Of a DNA stretch of 64,000 nucleotides, positions 49,354 through 62,207 are shown piece by piece. Both the position numbers and the translations under genes were made by a program. Positions within the stretch are counted from its first letter, which is position 1; each line of letters opens with the position of its first letter. The notes beneath the pieces are model-generated. The model had not been told where the DNA came from and did not search any database. It saw only the letters and a program-made list of their open reading frames with translations. This DNA is from Massalongia carnosa (taxonomy: Eukaryota): assembly GCA_965645245.1 (NCBI GenBank), contig OZ287081.1, positions 1,302,001 through 1,366,000 of the forward strand. Direction: 5' to 3'.

Positions 49354-51214
49354 TTACGTCTTTTCAGTTGCCGAGCTGCCCGCAACGCCAAGCTTCGGAG
49401 CACTGCTTCGACCCAGCGAGACCACGTTTCGGAGCGTTCCGAACGAGAGCACATCTCCTATCCGTCCCGCTCCGGACATGAGCATGCAGATCCTATCGAT
49501 CCCACACCCCCAACCCCCCGTGGGCGGCAACCCCCATTCCAGCGCCTGCAGGTAGTTCTCATCGATCGTGGCAGCTGGGTCAGTCTCATCATCGCGGTAG
49601 CGCAGCTGCTCGACGAATTTACGACGCTGCTCTCTCGGTGAGTTTTCCTCCTCGTACGTGTTCACGATTTCCTGGCCAGCGATGAAGAGTTCAGCGCGGG
49701 CGGCGACGCGTCGGTGGGTGATTGGGTGAACGAAAGATTTCGAGAGAGGGGAGAGGCATTCAGGGTGGTGAGTTATGAAGGTGGGGAGGGAGCATTGAGG
49801 CTCGAGATAGACGGCTGAAAGCTTGTCGAGGAGACGCGGGAGGGTCGGGGAGCTTGGAATGGGGATTTTGCAATTGTTAAAGAGCTCCAGGAGGAGAGGA
49901 ACCGCATCTGCGGAGTCTAGGTTCGGTAATGATTGACCAAGGCGGGATTCAAGCGCTGGGACGAAGTCGAGCCGCCGGAAAGGGGGGCTGGATACCGGAG
50001 TCTGGGACTGTAAAGATTTGTAAACTTCTTGTATGAGGGACGACGTATGTTGAGACAGTCCGTATATCATCTTTTCGGTCGTGTTGATTAGCTCTTCCAA
50101 GTCTGCGTATGCCCTGTAAAACTCGCAGGTTGTGAATTCAGGGTTGTGGGTCAAATCAAGTCCTACGGTATAATCAGCGCCCGTGGGTAACTACACCCAA
50201 AGGGACGTTTTACCTTCGTTCCGAAAACATGGGCCGATCTCAAATACTCGGTCGAAACCCCCCAGCACTAGACGCTTGAGCCATAGTTCTGGAGCTATGC
50301 GAAGAGTTATTTGACGATCCGGGAATGCCACCCCCAAGGTTCGAAATGGCTTCGCAACGGCCCCACCTGCCGCATCTGCCAGTATTGGCGTCTGAACTTC
50401 CAAATGCTTACTATCTAAGAGAAATTGGCGGATGTACCTGATCACCTCCGACCGTAACCGGATGATATCCGCTGATTGTGGGTGAACTAGGAAATCGACA
50501 TGTCGATTACGGATCTTTGTTTCTTTGTCTTGCAGGTCGGTTGGAAGCGGGCGTAGACATGGAGATAGCAATTGCGGAAGCTCCAGCAGCAGAATTGAAA
50601 GTTGACCTCGGCTGGTCCGGTGCGGCCGTCCACGAAAACCTTTGCAATTAGCATTTCAAATATAATGTACCGCGTTAATAAAGCTTACTGATGATGTCTC
50701 CTCTGTTGAGCGCTTTACAGAAAGCCTTGAAATCTTGGGAGGTTACACCTGCTTGCGATACCTTGGAAAATTCGCAAAGTCCTTGCACCTGATGGCCATT
50801 TTGGAGCACGTCGATGAAAGCAAGCTTTGAGCCTCCTATACGAAAAGAATGTATCCTTCCTAGAAGCATGAGCTATTGTCTGCTTGGAGTCTAGCAGCAG
50901 GACATACCACGAACAATGATGTCTTCAGCACCCACAACTTGCCCCTGTCTAAGATGTTGGTATTGTTTTACAAATTCTTGGCAGCTAATGACATTCTTGG
51001 ATGCCACGATACGAGGATAATCCTTTCTACTTGAGTTTACAAGCCCGACCAGATGTTCTTTAGGTTCTCCGTCCGTAGCAGACTCGATATGGTTCCGTCT
51101 CTGTAAAGCATGGGCAGCTTTAAAAGAGGTTAGATGAGCTGGCGCCGCGGTAAAGGATGGACCTGGTAGTCGAGCACGCAAACAAGGGCGCAGAAACTGC
51201 AAAGCCGTACTCAT
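49354..51214 (-). CDS. MSK1: Lysyl-tRNA synthetase, probably mitochondrial
   Basis: Introns 50860-50907, 50640-50688 and 50163-50213. Class II motifs EVQTPIL..AGGAVAKPF, LRIAPELWLKRL, FEIGPCFRNEG.DLTHNPEFT and WGLPPTGGWGCGIDR. The Arg-rich, acid-free N-terminus is presequence-like. Confidence 0.93.
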
Positions 51215-51616
51215 GCTATATGTGTCAGCTCATACACATTCTGGCAGCTCAAAATCTGAGGGCAGTAAAGGTGTCTTTGGTTGAATCAGATATGAGATTT
51301 ATTTGACCATACACTCGCGAGAGCAAGCGTCATTCGCAACGGTTCTTGATGTTACTTTTGTCTTCCTGTGCCATTGACGACAAGCAAAAATCATGAGAAT
51401 TGAAGTAGGAACAGATATAAACTTACGAGGGACCTCAGAGCTCTGTTGCTAAAGTTTCTAGAAATTCTCATGAAAGGTTGCAGGACAAGAAAATCCTCGT
51501 ATGGGTAGGACGTTATTTTAACCTCAACCACCACCCAACCCAAAGAATTGTCACACTTTTCGCCCGCAACCCATACGCATACAGAGCAGTTCCCTTAACA
51601 GCCATCATCATCAACC

Positions 51617-52009
51617 ATGTCCTTTTTATTCGGCGGGCGCCCCCAGCTCTCCTCCGCCGAAAAGATCTCCGCCGCAGAGCTTGAAGTCGAAATGGTGTCC
51701 GACATGCTCAACCGGTACGCTTCCACCCCTGGGCCTGCAACGCTTGTCCCGCCCTCCCCTTTTGCCCCCTTTCCTAGATCACTGGTGCTGAAAACTAAAA
51801 CCAACTGAGGTAGCCTGATACAATCCTGCTCCAAAAAATGTATTCCTCCAGACTATCGCGAAGCGGATCTCAACAAGGGCGAATCGGTGTGCTTGGATCG
51901 ATGTGTGTCCAAGTTCTTTGATGTCAATCTGAAGGTTAGCGAAAAGATGCAAGGAGATGCAGCGATGAGGCAAGGGGGGGGCGGCTCAGGGGGAGGGTTT
52001 GGGATGTAG
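51617..52009 (+). CDS. TIM10: Mitochondrial intermembrane-space chaperone Tim10
   Basis: Intron 51715-51813. Twin CX3C motif: [35 protein letters not shown]. Confidence 0.97.
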
Positions 52010-52395
52010 GGTTGGGGGTCCAGATAGGGTGTTCCTGGACTTTGAGGCAGAAGATACTATGGTGACTAAGAATTCTGGTGGAGAAACGCATGGGAGTTGT
52101 GGGGAAGGAAAGGTGGAAGAGAAAAAAGAGGACGCAGCTCGTTGGGATATTGATGGTGATGTAACAATATGAGTTCAGGGAAGCGGTTTTCAGTCCTGTC
52201 ACGATTGCGTAGGAGGGATTTGTGAAAAGGGGGTTTTCCTGAATGTACCAATAAGTATACGCTTCAAATGTTCGGTTGAAGATTTAATCATCTCTTCAGG
52301 CTGTTGGATATAAACCACCGATGGCTATCCTATATGCAGTTCCCATGGTATCGATGCTGTAACAATGCAAAGAACAAAAAAAATTTTGATCAGCC

Positions 52396-55099
52396 TCAGT
52401 CGATTGGCTTAGTATCCCCAACGAAGAGCCTCCAAGCCCACCAGAGCCAGGAGTTTCTGTCCATCGGATCTTCACGAAGCTCATCCGCCCTTCGTTCAAT
52501 TTCTATAACCTGTCGTCCAAATTCCGCCGCTCCGCTTTCCACATCTTCAACCTTTGATTCAAGCGCACTGAGCTCGTATTCGAGCTTTGCGCTTAGGTTG
52601 TCAATTTCTTTGATTTTATCTGTCAAGGACAACTTCTCTTCTGCAATAAGCTCAACCGAGGCGTTTCGGAGGGCATGATACTCGTCCAATCTTTGGCGAT
52701 ACAGATGATTCAAGGTTTCTTGGTCGTTGGCACCCTGCGTGTCAAAATCGTTAACATCTTCAACTTTCTTCTCAACCCATGACCCATCTTGAGTTCTTAA
52801 CTCATGTAGTTGCGCCGCCAGAAGCCGCGCATTTAATACTAGATTGTCCTCCAGAGCTAAAGCAGCATCGGGATTCCCCCCTGCGTCAACATCTGTGGTA
52901 GCTATTGTTGGCAGATGATCACCAGCCGCTACCACATCCACAACGGCACTAAACGAGAGATGCCTAGGCCAGCGATATTCATTGAGGCAGCTCCTGCTTT
53001 CAACCGGTAACTGCGAAAGACTTCTGGTGCTTCTTAGTAACGGCGATATATTCAATTCGGGCGGGAAGTGTTTCCTCCATTCCGAGATCCTTAATCGCAG
53101 TTTGGAGGCATCCTGCGGTTCAGCTGCCTTAATGGAGTCAAGACTGATACTATTGCAGCCGGTTTTCTGAATATTATGGAAATGATTTAACTTATAATCT
53201 TCCAATCTAAGGTTTCTTGGTTCGCTGTCCAAACTTGATATTGAATCGGCATCTGTTTCTGTCAGTTTTTCATTTACCTTCTCCTGATTATCATATTTAG
53301 CCTCCGTAGAATCATCTGGTATGGTGCTCCCCCGACGAGAACGTGGCAAATACTCAGCAACTTGCTCATTATCCCTAGACTTCATTTCTTGTAGGGAAAA
53401 CGCGGCATCTGTAGGTTTCACTGCGAATGGAGAGTGGCCATCCACAGGTGTCTCCCTAATGCTATCCCCATCAGATGCCGTATTTCCATCCTTTGAGTAC
53501 TTGTGATAGTGCCCACGTAGCCCTGTTTTCCCTACCGCTTCTTTTATCCGCCCTAAACCGCTGCGGGCATCAGTCATTTTCCCGGTGACGCTTTTCAAGA
53601 CATTCCTTCGCAGCACCGGATCTTTGCTCGTCGGATCAAGACTTGTCTGCGATCCATGAGAAGGGAAGGTATAACGTTCCGATCCACCATGACGCATCTT
53701 TTCATCTAGTATTGAATCTCGTCTTGTACTCGCCCATATGTATCCACCATGCTCATCATTACTGAAAACCATGGCATCATCATATCCAGCGTTGCCCAAA
53801 AGATCGGTTTCACTATTCTTCAGCGGCTTTCCATGCCATAGCCATCTACACCGCTCGCCGAAGGCTAACTGTACGAAAGTTTCTATGTCTAGACTCTCGA
53901 TTTCTGCAATACCGACTTTTTCACGACCTCCTACCATGCCCATGACAATATCACCCCCCTTGCCGCTCAATTCTGCGACAGTGGATTTCACCGCGCGGGG
54001 AACGGTCCAGCCCTGACCACTCGCAGCCTTCGCTGATACCTTATGTAGCCGGTCTAATGTCTGCCAATCAAATCGGCGAGTCTTCTCCAATTTTTGAGAT
54101 TTTTGAAAAGATGCAATGCCTCGTTTGGTAGATGTCAGGTCAAATACGTCTTTTCCAATGGGCGTACCATACGCATGCAATCTATTACGTGCTCCTAGAA
54201 GGGTACCGAGCAACGCCGCGACTGTGGTTGGTCCTAAAATACCATCGGTTGGATCAGTGTTGAAAATCTCGGTCCCAATTTCAGTCCACCAGTTAAAGAG
54301 TGCTTGTTCAGTCACATCGCATAGTAATCCATCAGCGTATTCGGGAGCTAGTTTCCCAAAAAGCATCAATGCAACCTGGCAAAGTTTCACAAGCTCAATC
54401 ACAGCGTTATAGATTGGTATTCGGTCGCTGGTCTTGTAGAGTCTTATAAATTTTGCTTGAGTGGCTTCAATAGGAGGAGATAAATTGAGTCCTGCTCGGC
54501 CGGAACAGCCCAAACGCTTCATATTCTCATTGACAATAAAATCAGCTCTGTGCTTCCTTATATCACCGTCCGGGACCGGGATGACTGTCAATGCGGAAGG
54601 GAACCCACTTAGGTTCGTTACCATCAAGGTCCCCAAAGGGGTTTCCTTTTTCCGAGCATGAAATCTAATGATAGCTTTTAAATATACACGTAGACGAGGC
54701 GACCAGAGTTCTTCATTTGTTGGAACGCTTAGGACACTCACGAGGACTGAATGTTGCTCTTGACCAGTGTAAGTCGTAATCACAAAGGTTGGATGAACTC
54801 TTGAACAAGCCCATTGCTCGACAAGGTACAGCTCATAACCCTGAAGCCGACGTCTCCTCTCCAGAACTGTAGTGGATGGGTCTTCCTCTAGGTACCTAGT
54901 AAGTGTGAGACATACTTCGATGGTAAACATGATCTTCTTACCTGAAGGCTACGGGATCTGCAAATACCAGGCGCTGGTGCGATGGCTTAGGTCCGGGTTC
55001 CAGCGTTACGTTTTTTGATAGCCTTGTCAAAGATAGCACAGTATCGTCTAACGCAGCAGGCTCATCATCCCCTTCATTGGCGCCATCCATGAACGACAT
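52396..55099 (-). CDS. Sin3-binding protein Stb2/Stb6-like
   Basis: Exon 1 54942-55099 (...VFADPVAFR), intron 54896-54941. LQGYELYLVEQWACSR, GTLMVTNLSGFPSALTVIPVPDGD, VNENMKRLGCSGR, DGLLCDVTE and a C-terminal coiled coil. Confidence 0.88.
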
Positions 55100-55809
55100 A
55101 ATGGCCGTGCTGTTCAGGGCCTACAACCTGACCGAATTGGGCTATGTAGAGGATGGCATTAAACATGTTGCTGTTCCGATTTACAATTAGTTTCTGTAGT
55201 GGAAAGGCTTTGGTACTCGATGCTCTTTTCCTTTGTGTCCTGGGACGAGAAAATACAACCGAAATGATAGAACCTGAAAGAAAATGAAGGCATCGCTAAG
55301 AATCACGTATGGTCGTTTCTATTATGAAAGCAACCTCATTGCTGAGTTATTCAGCAACATCGCAACAAGCAGAACTTACTCGCCTTACTTACTACATGCA
55401 GTGACATTAAACTACCTGGCGTGCCTGACAATTTGGTCATGAAAAGTTGCCCACGTGCCCAGGTTACCCCTCAGCTTGTGACGGACCGAAGTCCGCCATG
55501 AGCGTGGTCTCCCCTGCTCCATAGCCTCCCGTTTCGTTGTCCGGCTGTTTTGATACGCTAACTTTCGTCATCCTCATGACCGGTATAGTCGATATAGATG
55601 TTTGCCGACTGACGGTATTGAACATCTGTTCCATCTCTCTATCCGCGCTCATCGATCATTAGCTATGACTCCGCCGCATAGAGTGCGCTTCAGTATTGGA
55701 CGACAAGACTAGCCCCAAAGCTCCACAGGTCGAATTCTATATCATTCAATCCTCCATTGTGCCTGCATACATTCTCTTCCATTGATTGTAGATCGTTCAC
55801 CTCGGTAGC

Positions 55810-57254
55810 ATGGAAGCCCTTCTTAGGGAACACGAGAAGATCTCGACCAAGGGAAATCTCTCGAAGAGCTTGGAAGATGTGCAAAAGGCAATAGACCTAT
55901 TGACGAATGCCCGGGATGCTATGGTGGCAAGTAGGTATTGAACGCGGTGTCCTGGAATTCTTAAGCCCCAGCTTCTCATAAGCTGTATGTGCTAGCCTTC
56001 AGCTAATTAATGGCGTCTAGATCCTAACAACGCCTCAGTCACTCTTGCAAAGCTTCAAAATCCTGTTAAGCAGTCTTTTGATGCTATAAACGGCGACCTA
56101 AAGGGAATTCATAAATGTCTAGGGGATTACTCAAAAGCGCTAGAGAAGGTGACAATAGACTCTTGCTCTAGCAGTACTTATGACTAATAGTCACCGTTAC
56201 TCAGAAATTCAAAGATAAGCCTTTGCCTAACCTAGAGGACGATGCGCTCTCCCCATATCCGGCTTTAATTAACCGTGCGATTGCGATGCACCTTTTGCGA
56301 GAGGGGCAATTCTCCGTTGCCTCATCATTTCTCAAAGACGCGTCAACCCATCCGTTGCCTCCAACGCGTACGCATGGTACTCTAGATCCATACGCAACCT
56401 TGGAAAATGATATTAGCAACGACTCCCTAAAACCCGAGGCTCTACGAAAGGATTTTGCCAACATGTATCACATCTTGCATCAACTAAGGGTTCAGCGGAA
56501 CCTGTTGCCAGCAATTGCATGGGCTCGTGCGAACAGCAAAGCACTGGAATTGCGCGGGAGTAGCTTGGAATTTGAACTTGGACGACTGCAGTTCGTTTGG
56601 CTCTACTCAGGAGGCCCATTTCCCAACGATCAGACAAGCGTTGCGGAGGGTCAACAGCTCGCTTTGGATTACGCTCGCAGGGAATTCACCCATTTCCAGG
56701 CGCGATACCTTCAAGAAATCCAGCAGCTGTGTGGTGCCATGGCGTTCTGTCCCAATCTCGCACAGTCTCCGTATCGTGGAATATTTCACAACGCCGGAGC
56801 GTGGGAAGATCTTGCGGACTCGTTCACCAGAGAGTTTTGCTCTTTGCTAGGGCTGTCTGCAGACTCACCATTGTACATCGCAGCGACTGCCGGTGCAATT
56901 GCTCTTCCTACACTGCTCAAACTTCAGACAATCATGAAAGAAAAGCGGACAGAATGGACCACCCAGCATGAGCTTCCAGTAAGTACCTCCCCACTTCTCA
57001 CAATCTCCTTGACATTTTGACCGAGTGCCCAGGTTGAAATTCCTCTCCCACCGGCTTATCATTTTCACTCGATTTTTGTGTGTCCCGTGTCTAAAGAGCA
57101 AACTACCGATGATAATCCACCCATGATGATGCCCTGTGGTCACGTTCTTGCCAATGAATCGTTGGTTCGACTTGGCCGAAGCCACCAGCGTTTCAAGTGT
57201 CCGTATTGTCCCAGCGAGAGCCATCTCAGCGAAGCCATTAAGCTTGTAATGTAA
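55810..57254 (+). CDS. RMD5: GID/CTLH complex RING subunit Rmd5/Gid2
   Basis: Introns ~55931-56020, 56149-56204 and 56979-57032. LisH ([16 protein letters not shown]), CTLH/CRA and the degenerate [29 protein letters not shown]...FKCPYCP. Confidence 0.95.
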
Positions 57255-57952
57255 CGTAATGCACTGTTTCAGGTCTTTGAACGGCTGGGATCGCGCATTG
57301 GTAGGTGTTTAGATGGGGTTCAAGGTTCAGGAGGCTTTTTAAAAGAAATCATGCTTTTGGACGCGTCTATGATGGGGTGGAGGATGGCGGTACTCCTTGC
57401 CTTTCAAGGTCTATAGGAAATAAATTAATAAACAATTTTTCACCGAACGATACTCCCCCCATCGATTCACTCTATCATCAGTCTATTGGTGCTTGCCGTC
57501 TCTGAATCTAGGTATAACAGAACTAGGCAGCATTCTTTAGCGAAACCACATCCTTAATTTCTTAACGACCGTGCGACCTTATGATCTAGAACCCTCACAC
57601 CATCATAGTATCATCTCGTTCATGGATTGATCCATCTATTTACCATGAATCATAAACGTCACAGTCCAGAACAGTCCATCCATCATGAAGTCCTCCAGCC
57701 AAGATGGAGGTCTGGAGATCCCCGTCCCTTATGCATAGCTTCTGACTCATTTTGCGGCCCAATGCTTGCCTACAGGGAGTCTCCCTCACGAAGAGCCCAG
57801 CTAAGTGCCAAGACGATTTGGAATCAATGTTCATAAAACGCATTGTCACTCCCAGTATGAGGAGTACGTAGAACTATGAGCTATATAAACCCGCCTCAAT
57901 GGGCTTTCCATAGCTTCTTCAATCCAGCGCAAGCCTCCGATCTACAGCCAAG

Positions 57953-59468
57953 ATGTCGCCTCCTCTCATCCTCTCTCCAGTCCTCACCTCCGACCTCGAA
58001 GCCATCTACCGCTTCTGCCTCTCCGTCGACAGCGACCGGCCAATCAATCGCCTCCTCTTCCCCAATGGTGCCAGCGACCTCAGCGTGGCCTCCTACGCCG
58101 CACAGGATCGTGAGGGCATGCTACATCCCGAATCGAGATTCCGCCAGGTGATGGTGAAAGAATTATACACGGATGAAATCGTCGGTACGGCGTTGTGGTT
58201 CTTCTTCACGGAGAATGAGGTCGTCGGAGCGAGCAAGGAGAAAGATGGCGTGAAGGCTGGATGGTGGGCCGGGGAAGCGCCAGGTGATGTGAACGGGAAG
58301 GCTTTGATGGCTTTGGCGGAGGAACGGAAACAGAAGAGGGAAGAGTTGATGAAAGGGAAACCTCATGCATGTATGTATCACTGTCATCATAACCCTCTCA
58401 ACTATCATCGATGGGAAACGGAGCATGCATATATCCTTTAGGTTTCCTTTTCATCCCAATTCGTCGCAATTCTCCGTCAATCCAATCACTTCCGCTCACC
58501 TCTCCAAAGACCTAGCTTCACTCAGCAGATCCCCCGACCACCAGGCCGCTACCCTGCAACTCCTAGAATGGGGTCTCTCCCTCGCAGACTCGCACTACCT
58601 ACCCACCTACGTTGATGCCTCCACCACCGAGCAACTCGTCTACTTCGCGCACAACTTCCGTGAAACCGTCACCCTCAACTTCAACCTCCAGCCCTGGGGA
58701 ACCCCCCATGTGGAAACCCACACATGCATGATCCGCCCCGCCCCCTCCCTTCCCCCGCCCGACACCATCTGCATCGCCCCTTTCCTGACAAACGCTGACT
58801 TCGCCGACTTCCCCGCCATCGAAGACGCCGCCTTCAACGACGACTCTCCGCTGAGCGCCCTCATGTTCCCTTCCCCTCCTCCACAACCCTCTTCCGCACC
58901 CCTTCCCGTAGCCGCTGACAAGGACACCAACGCTCTGATTGCCCTTCGCGTCGCCGACTTTATCGCCTCTGCCGCCACCGAGCCCGGTAGCCGCCACGTA
59001 AAAGCTTTCCTCCCGGCCACGGGCCAAATCCTCGGGTTCGCCCACTGGTACCTATACGCCACCCCGGACACGCTGCATTCCCACCCACAAGTCCGCTACC
59101 CCCCAAACGGCCACTCCCGCCTCGGCGAGCACTTCTTTAGTTCCCTCCTCCTTATCCAGGAATCCTACCTCCGGGGGCAGGCGTACGCATTTCTACACCT
59201 ACTAGTCGTGTTGCCGGAGTGGCAGGGTCGCGGGGCCGGCACGGGCTTGGTGCGATGGGGTCTGCGGTTAGCGGACGAGGGGGGTTTGAGGGCCTGGGTG
59301 GATGCTAGTCCGGCTTCGTTGGGGCTTTACAAGAAGTTGGGCTGGGTCGAGGTGGGACGGTTGGTGGTGGAGTTGGAGGAGTGGGGGGGTAAGGTAGGGG
59401 AGAAGGAGGTTACGGTTAACTTGATTCGGGAGCCGAGGGTCGCAAAAAAGGGAGATCTTCATAGTTGA
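57953..59468 (+). CDS. Tandem (two-domain) GNAT-family acetyltransferase
   Basis: Intron 58371-58509. Domain 1: DEIVGTALW...KPHAYL...LLEWGLSLAD...PTYVDAS. Domain 2: QILGFAHW...LHLLVVLPEWQGRGAGTGLVRWGL..AD...WVDASPASLGLYKKLGW. Confidence 0.85.
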
Positions 59469-59668
59469 GATTGGGAGGATTTAAGAAACCCCTCACGTGA
59501 GCAAAGGGTTTAAACGCCAAGATATGTGGGTGAAATTCCGGGAAGGAATTCGACGAGCGTCGCGGGCAGTTTTAGGAGAACCAGTTTCTTTTGTTGGAAA
59601 CGAAAAAGGTGGGTGCGAGATCGCATAGCATAATTGGAGTCTGTCCGATCACGCATCTGGTCCTCCGG

Positions 59669-61428
59669 TCACTTAAATCCTAAAATCGCATTCGCCCTCT
59701 TCAAAACCTCCTGTTCTCCTTCCGAGGCTTTCTTCCTAACAGCCCCAAATCTCGCAAGGCCCATTGCGCTCTGTGCCGCGGGGTCGATGATCTGCGTGAC
59801 AAAGTCGGGTGTCAGGCGGCCTATATAGTCTCGCTCGCCAGGGTTGGAGGGAAAGTCGGGTGGCGGGTTTCCTGTGGTTAGAGAGGGTTGTTAAAAGGGG
59901 TGAGAGGTATTGAAAGGTAGCTCCAAAGGGGGTTTAGGGTGTGAGGGTGTGATTATATCTTATACCTTCTACAAACGATTCCCTTTGCCGCACCAAGTAT
60001 TTCGCGTTGGCCTCTGTTAGGGGACACGAAGGAATATATAGAACGCTTGCATCGGTGGTACCAGCATGGACTTTATCTACAGCGTGGATCGCTGCAAATG
60101 ATTCAGCTCCAATTGCGCGCAAATAAGGAATGCTAGCTGCAAACTCACTATCACAATGCCAGGCAACGTAATCTCCTGGCCTGATCGTCGGTACATGCAC
60201 CATTGTACTTTCAAGTCGGAGATGCGGATGCAACACATCGTTTAGTTCTTGGCAGTTTGAAGGAACTGCACCTTGTAGCACAGGCAGGGGAGGCTCTTCC
60301 ATGATCCAATTATTAGAATCTAAAAATTCCGGACCATTGATAGTTCTCTTTGGCCTAAAGAAGGGACGGAGTAAGATATAGGCAGTGGCATTCCTCAGCA
60401 AAGGATTCACCATCAGAGTGCCTTCGCCCGGGCCTGTTGTGCTCATGGAGAGCCAGCCTTGAAACATCCGGAACATGGAACATGACCCGGCGCCATTGTA
60501 GAGATCAGCTATGACCGGAAGCCGGCAGCTACTTTCCCACGGATCATAATTCTCCCAGGTACCATTAAAGATATTCCTGTAGACATCACCTCGACCGTAG
60601 CCATCTTCCTCCCATCGCTCACAACTACCGGCATCAACGTGTGGGCCAAGAGCGAAGCCTGTGTCACCGGGTTGTCGGATGCGAAGCCGGTCTGCATAGG
60701 TCGTTGGATTGGAGGTTGACATGAGTGCGGAGTTATCTTTGGAGTGCCAGTGGGACATGAGGAAAGCTTGAGCTTCTAGCACGTTCGGATGGGCACGAGC
60801 TAGTATTTGTGATGGGGTCCAGTACAACTCGTATACGGCCGGTTTTTTAGAAGGAAATCCTGTGGGGAGGATATTAGTTATATAGTAATCAAAGGTTTAG
60901 TAATCGGGAGACACCTTATCATCGAAGGTTCATTGCGGGAAGGTATCACCCACCTTTTACTGAGGGGTTGCTCTGAACATACCTCTTCACAGATTCCATC
61001 CAAGCTAAGGCTTCCTTCTCTGAGACCACCCCTCTGATAATTGCAGCACCTCGCTTGTGCAGCTGGTCCCTAAACTCCGTTCTTTTCCCCACATCGTTCA
61101 AATCAGAAAATGATAGCTCTGGGACAACAGCCGGCCCCAAAGTTGCAACGGGTTCTGTCTCATTCTGCAACTCGGACAGCAGGCGAATCCAACTCTCTTG
61201 TATGGCGTCTTTATGGCCATGGATCAACCGTGACTTGAGGCCTGCAAAACGTGGAGGCAGAGGCTCGGTGGTGGCTCCAGACAGCGAAGGGAAAACGGAG
61301 GATATATCGCCGGTGGGCTTTGGAGGTGGAGAAGAGGTTGCCACCAATGCAAAGCCCCGAACGTCGCTATGAGGTCGAAGATGAAAACGGCGCGAGACGT
61401 AAGAGCGAAGTGTTTTCAAGAAGGCCAT
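59669..61428 (-). CDS. DUF1479 (YbiU/Gig2-like) putative non-haem iron oxygenase
   Basis: Introns 60860-60953, 60092-60148 and 59872-59965. GDISSVFPSLSG...LPPRF, VYELYWTPSQILARAHP, YADRLRIRQPGD.GFALGPHVDAGS.ERWE, FRMFQGW and GDYVAWHCD.IHAVD. Confidence 0.92.
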
Positions 61429-61571
61429 ATTACATTGGACCAACGACTCGACCCTACCTGTTGCATCGACGTTGCTACCTGGGCCAATCAGTCGGCTGAT
61501 GGAGGGGGAGAAGAGGTGGGGGATAGACAGGGAAGGTACAACTAGGCCTTGTCCTTTGGCTGCGGGGTCTG

Positions 61572-61634
61572 CGGAGTTAGTTATTGCCAAAGAGGACTAA
61601 CTCCGGAAGGAACTAGCTCCGGGACTAGCTTTCG
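61572..61634. promoter_or_regulatory. Cluster of ACTARCTCCG(G) motifs, candidate Zn2Cys6 factor sites
   Basis: CGGAGTTAGT (61572-61581) is the exact reverse complement of ACTAACTCCG (61596-61605). Further copies: ACTAGCTCCGG at 61612 and ACTAGCTTTCG at 61624. Confidence 0.5.
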
Positions 61635-62207
61635 ATAGTCGGATAGCCCTAGCCCTAACTGCACTCTGCCTGGTCTAACTATTGACATTATAACTACATC
61701 ACGCATATAAGGAATCTTGTCATCATTGAACATTTAGTAACTCCTTCCCTTTCTTGACCTTTTCCCCTGATGTATTCTCCTCCGATGCGGCCTTACTCTA
61801 GAGGAAATCAGACGTTGCGCCAACATTGCCGATCTCAACCACCATTTCTCAGAGCAGTTAGATAAAGTGGTGTTATGTATATGCCTTGCATTGGTCTTCC
61901 TTTTTCACATCATTAAAACTTAGAAAGGTCCGATATAACGTCACATTGTCCAATATCCAGGTATTGATCGAATCCACCTAAAGACCTTAGAAGTGCTTTT
62001 CACCAATCTCCAAACTGCGCAAGCCTGTTGATCCTGCCGGATCTTTGATAACCTGCGGATCTACAAGCAGGTGCCATTTCAGTTGCACCGTCCCAGCAGA
62101 CTTTGATATAAATACTAGCTTGTTCAGTTATAGGTTGAATTTTTCTTTCCCTTTAGGACCATCTTCTTTAACAAGAAAGCAATTCGGCTTTTGACCATAG
62201 AGCAAAC

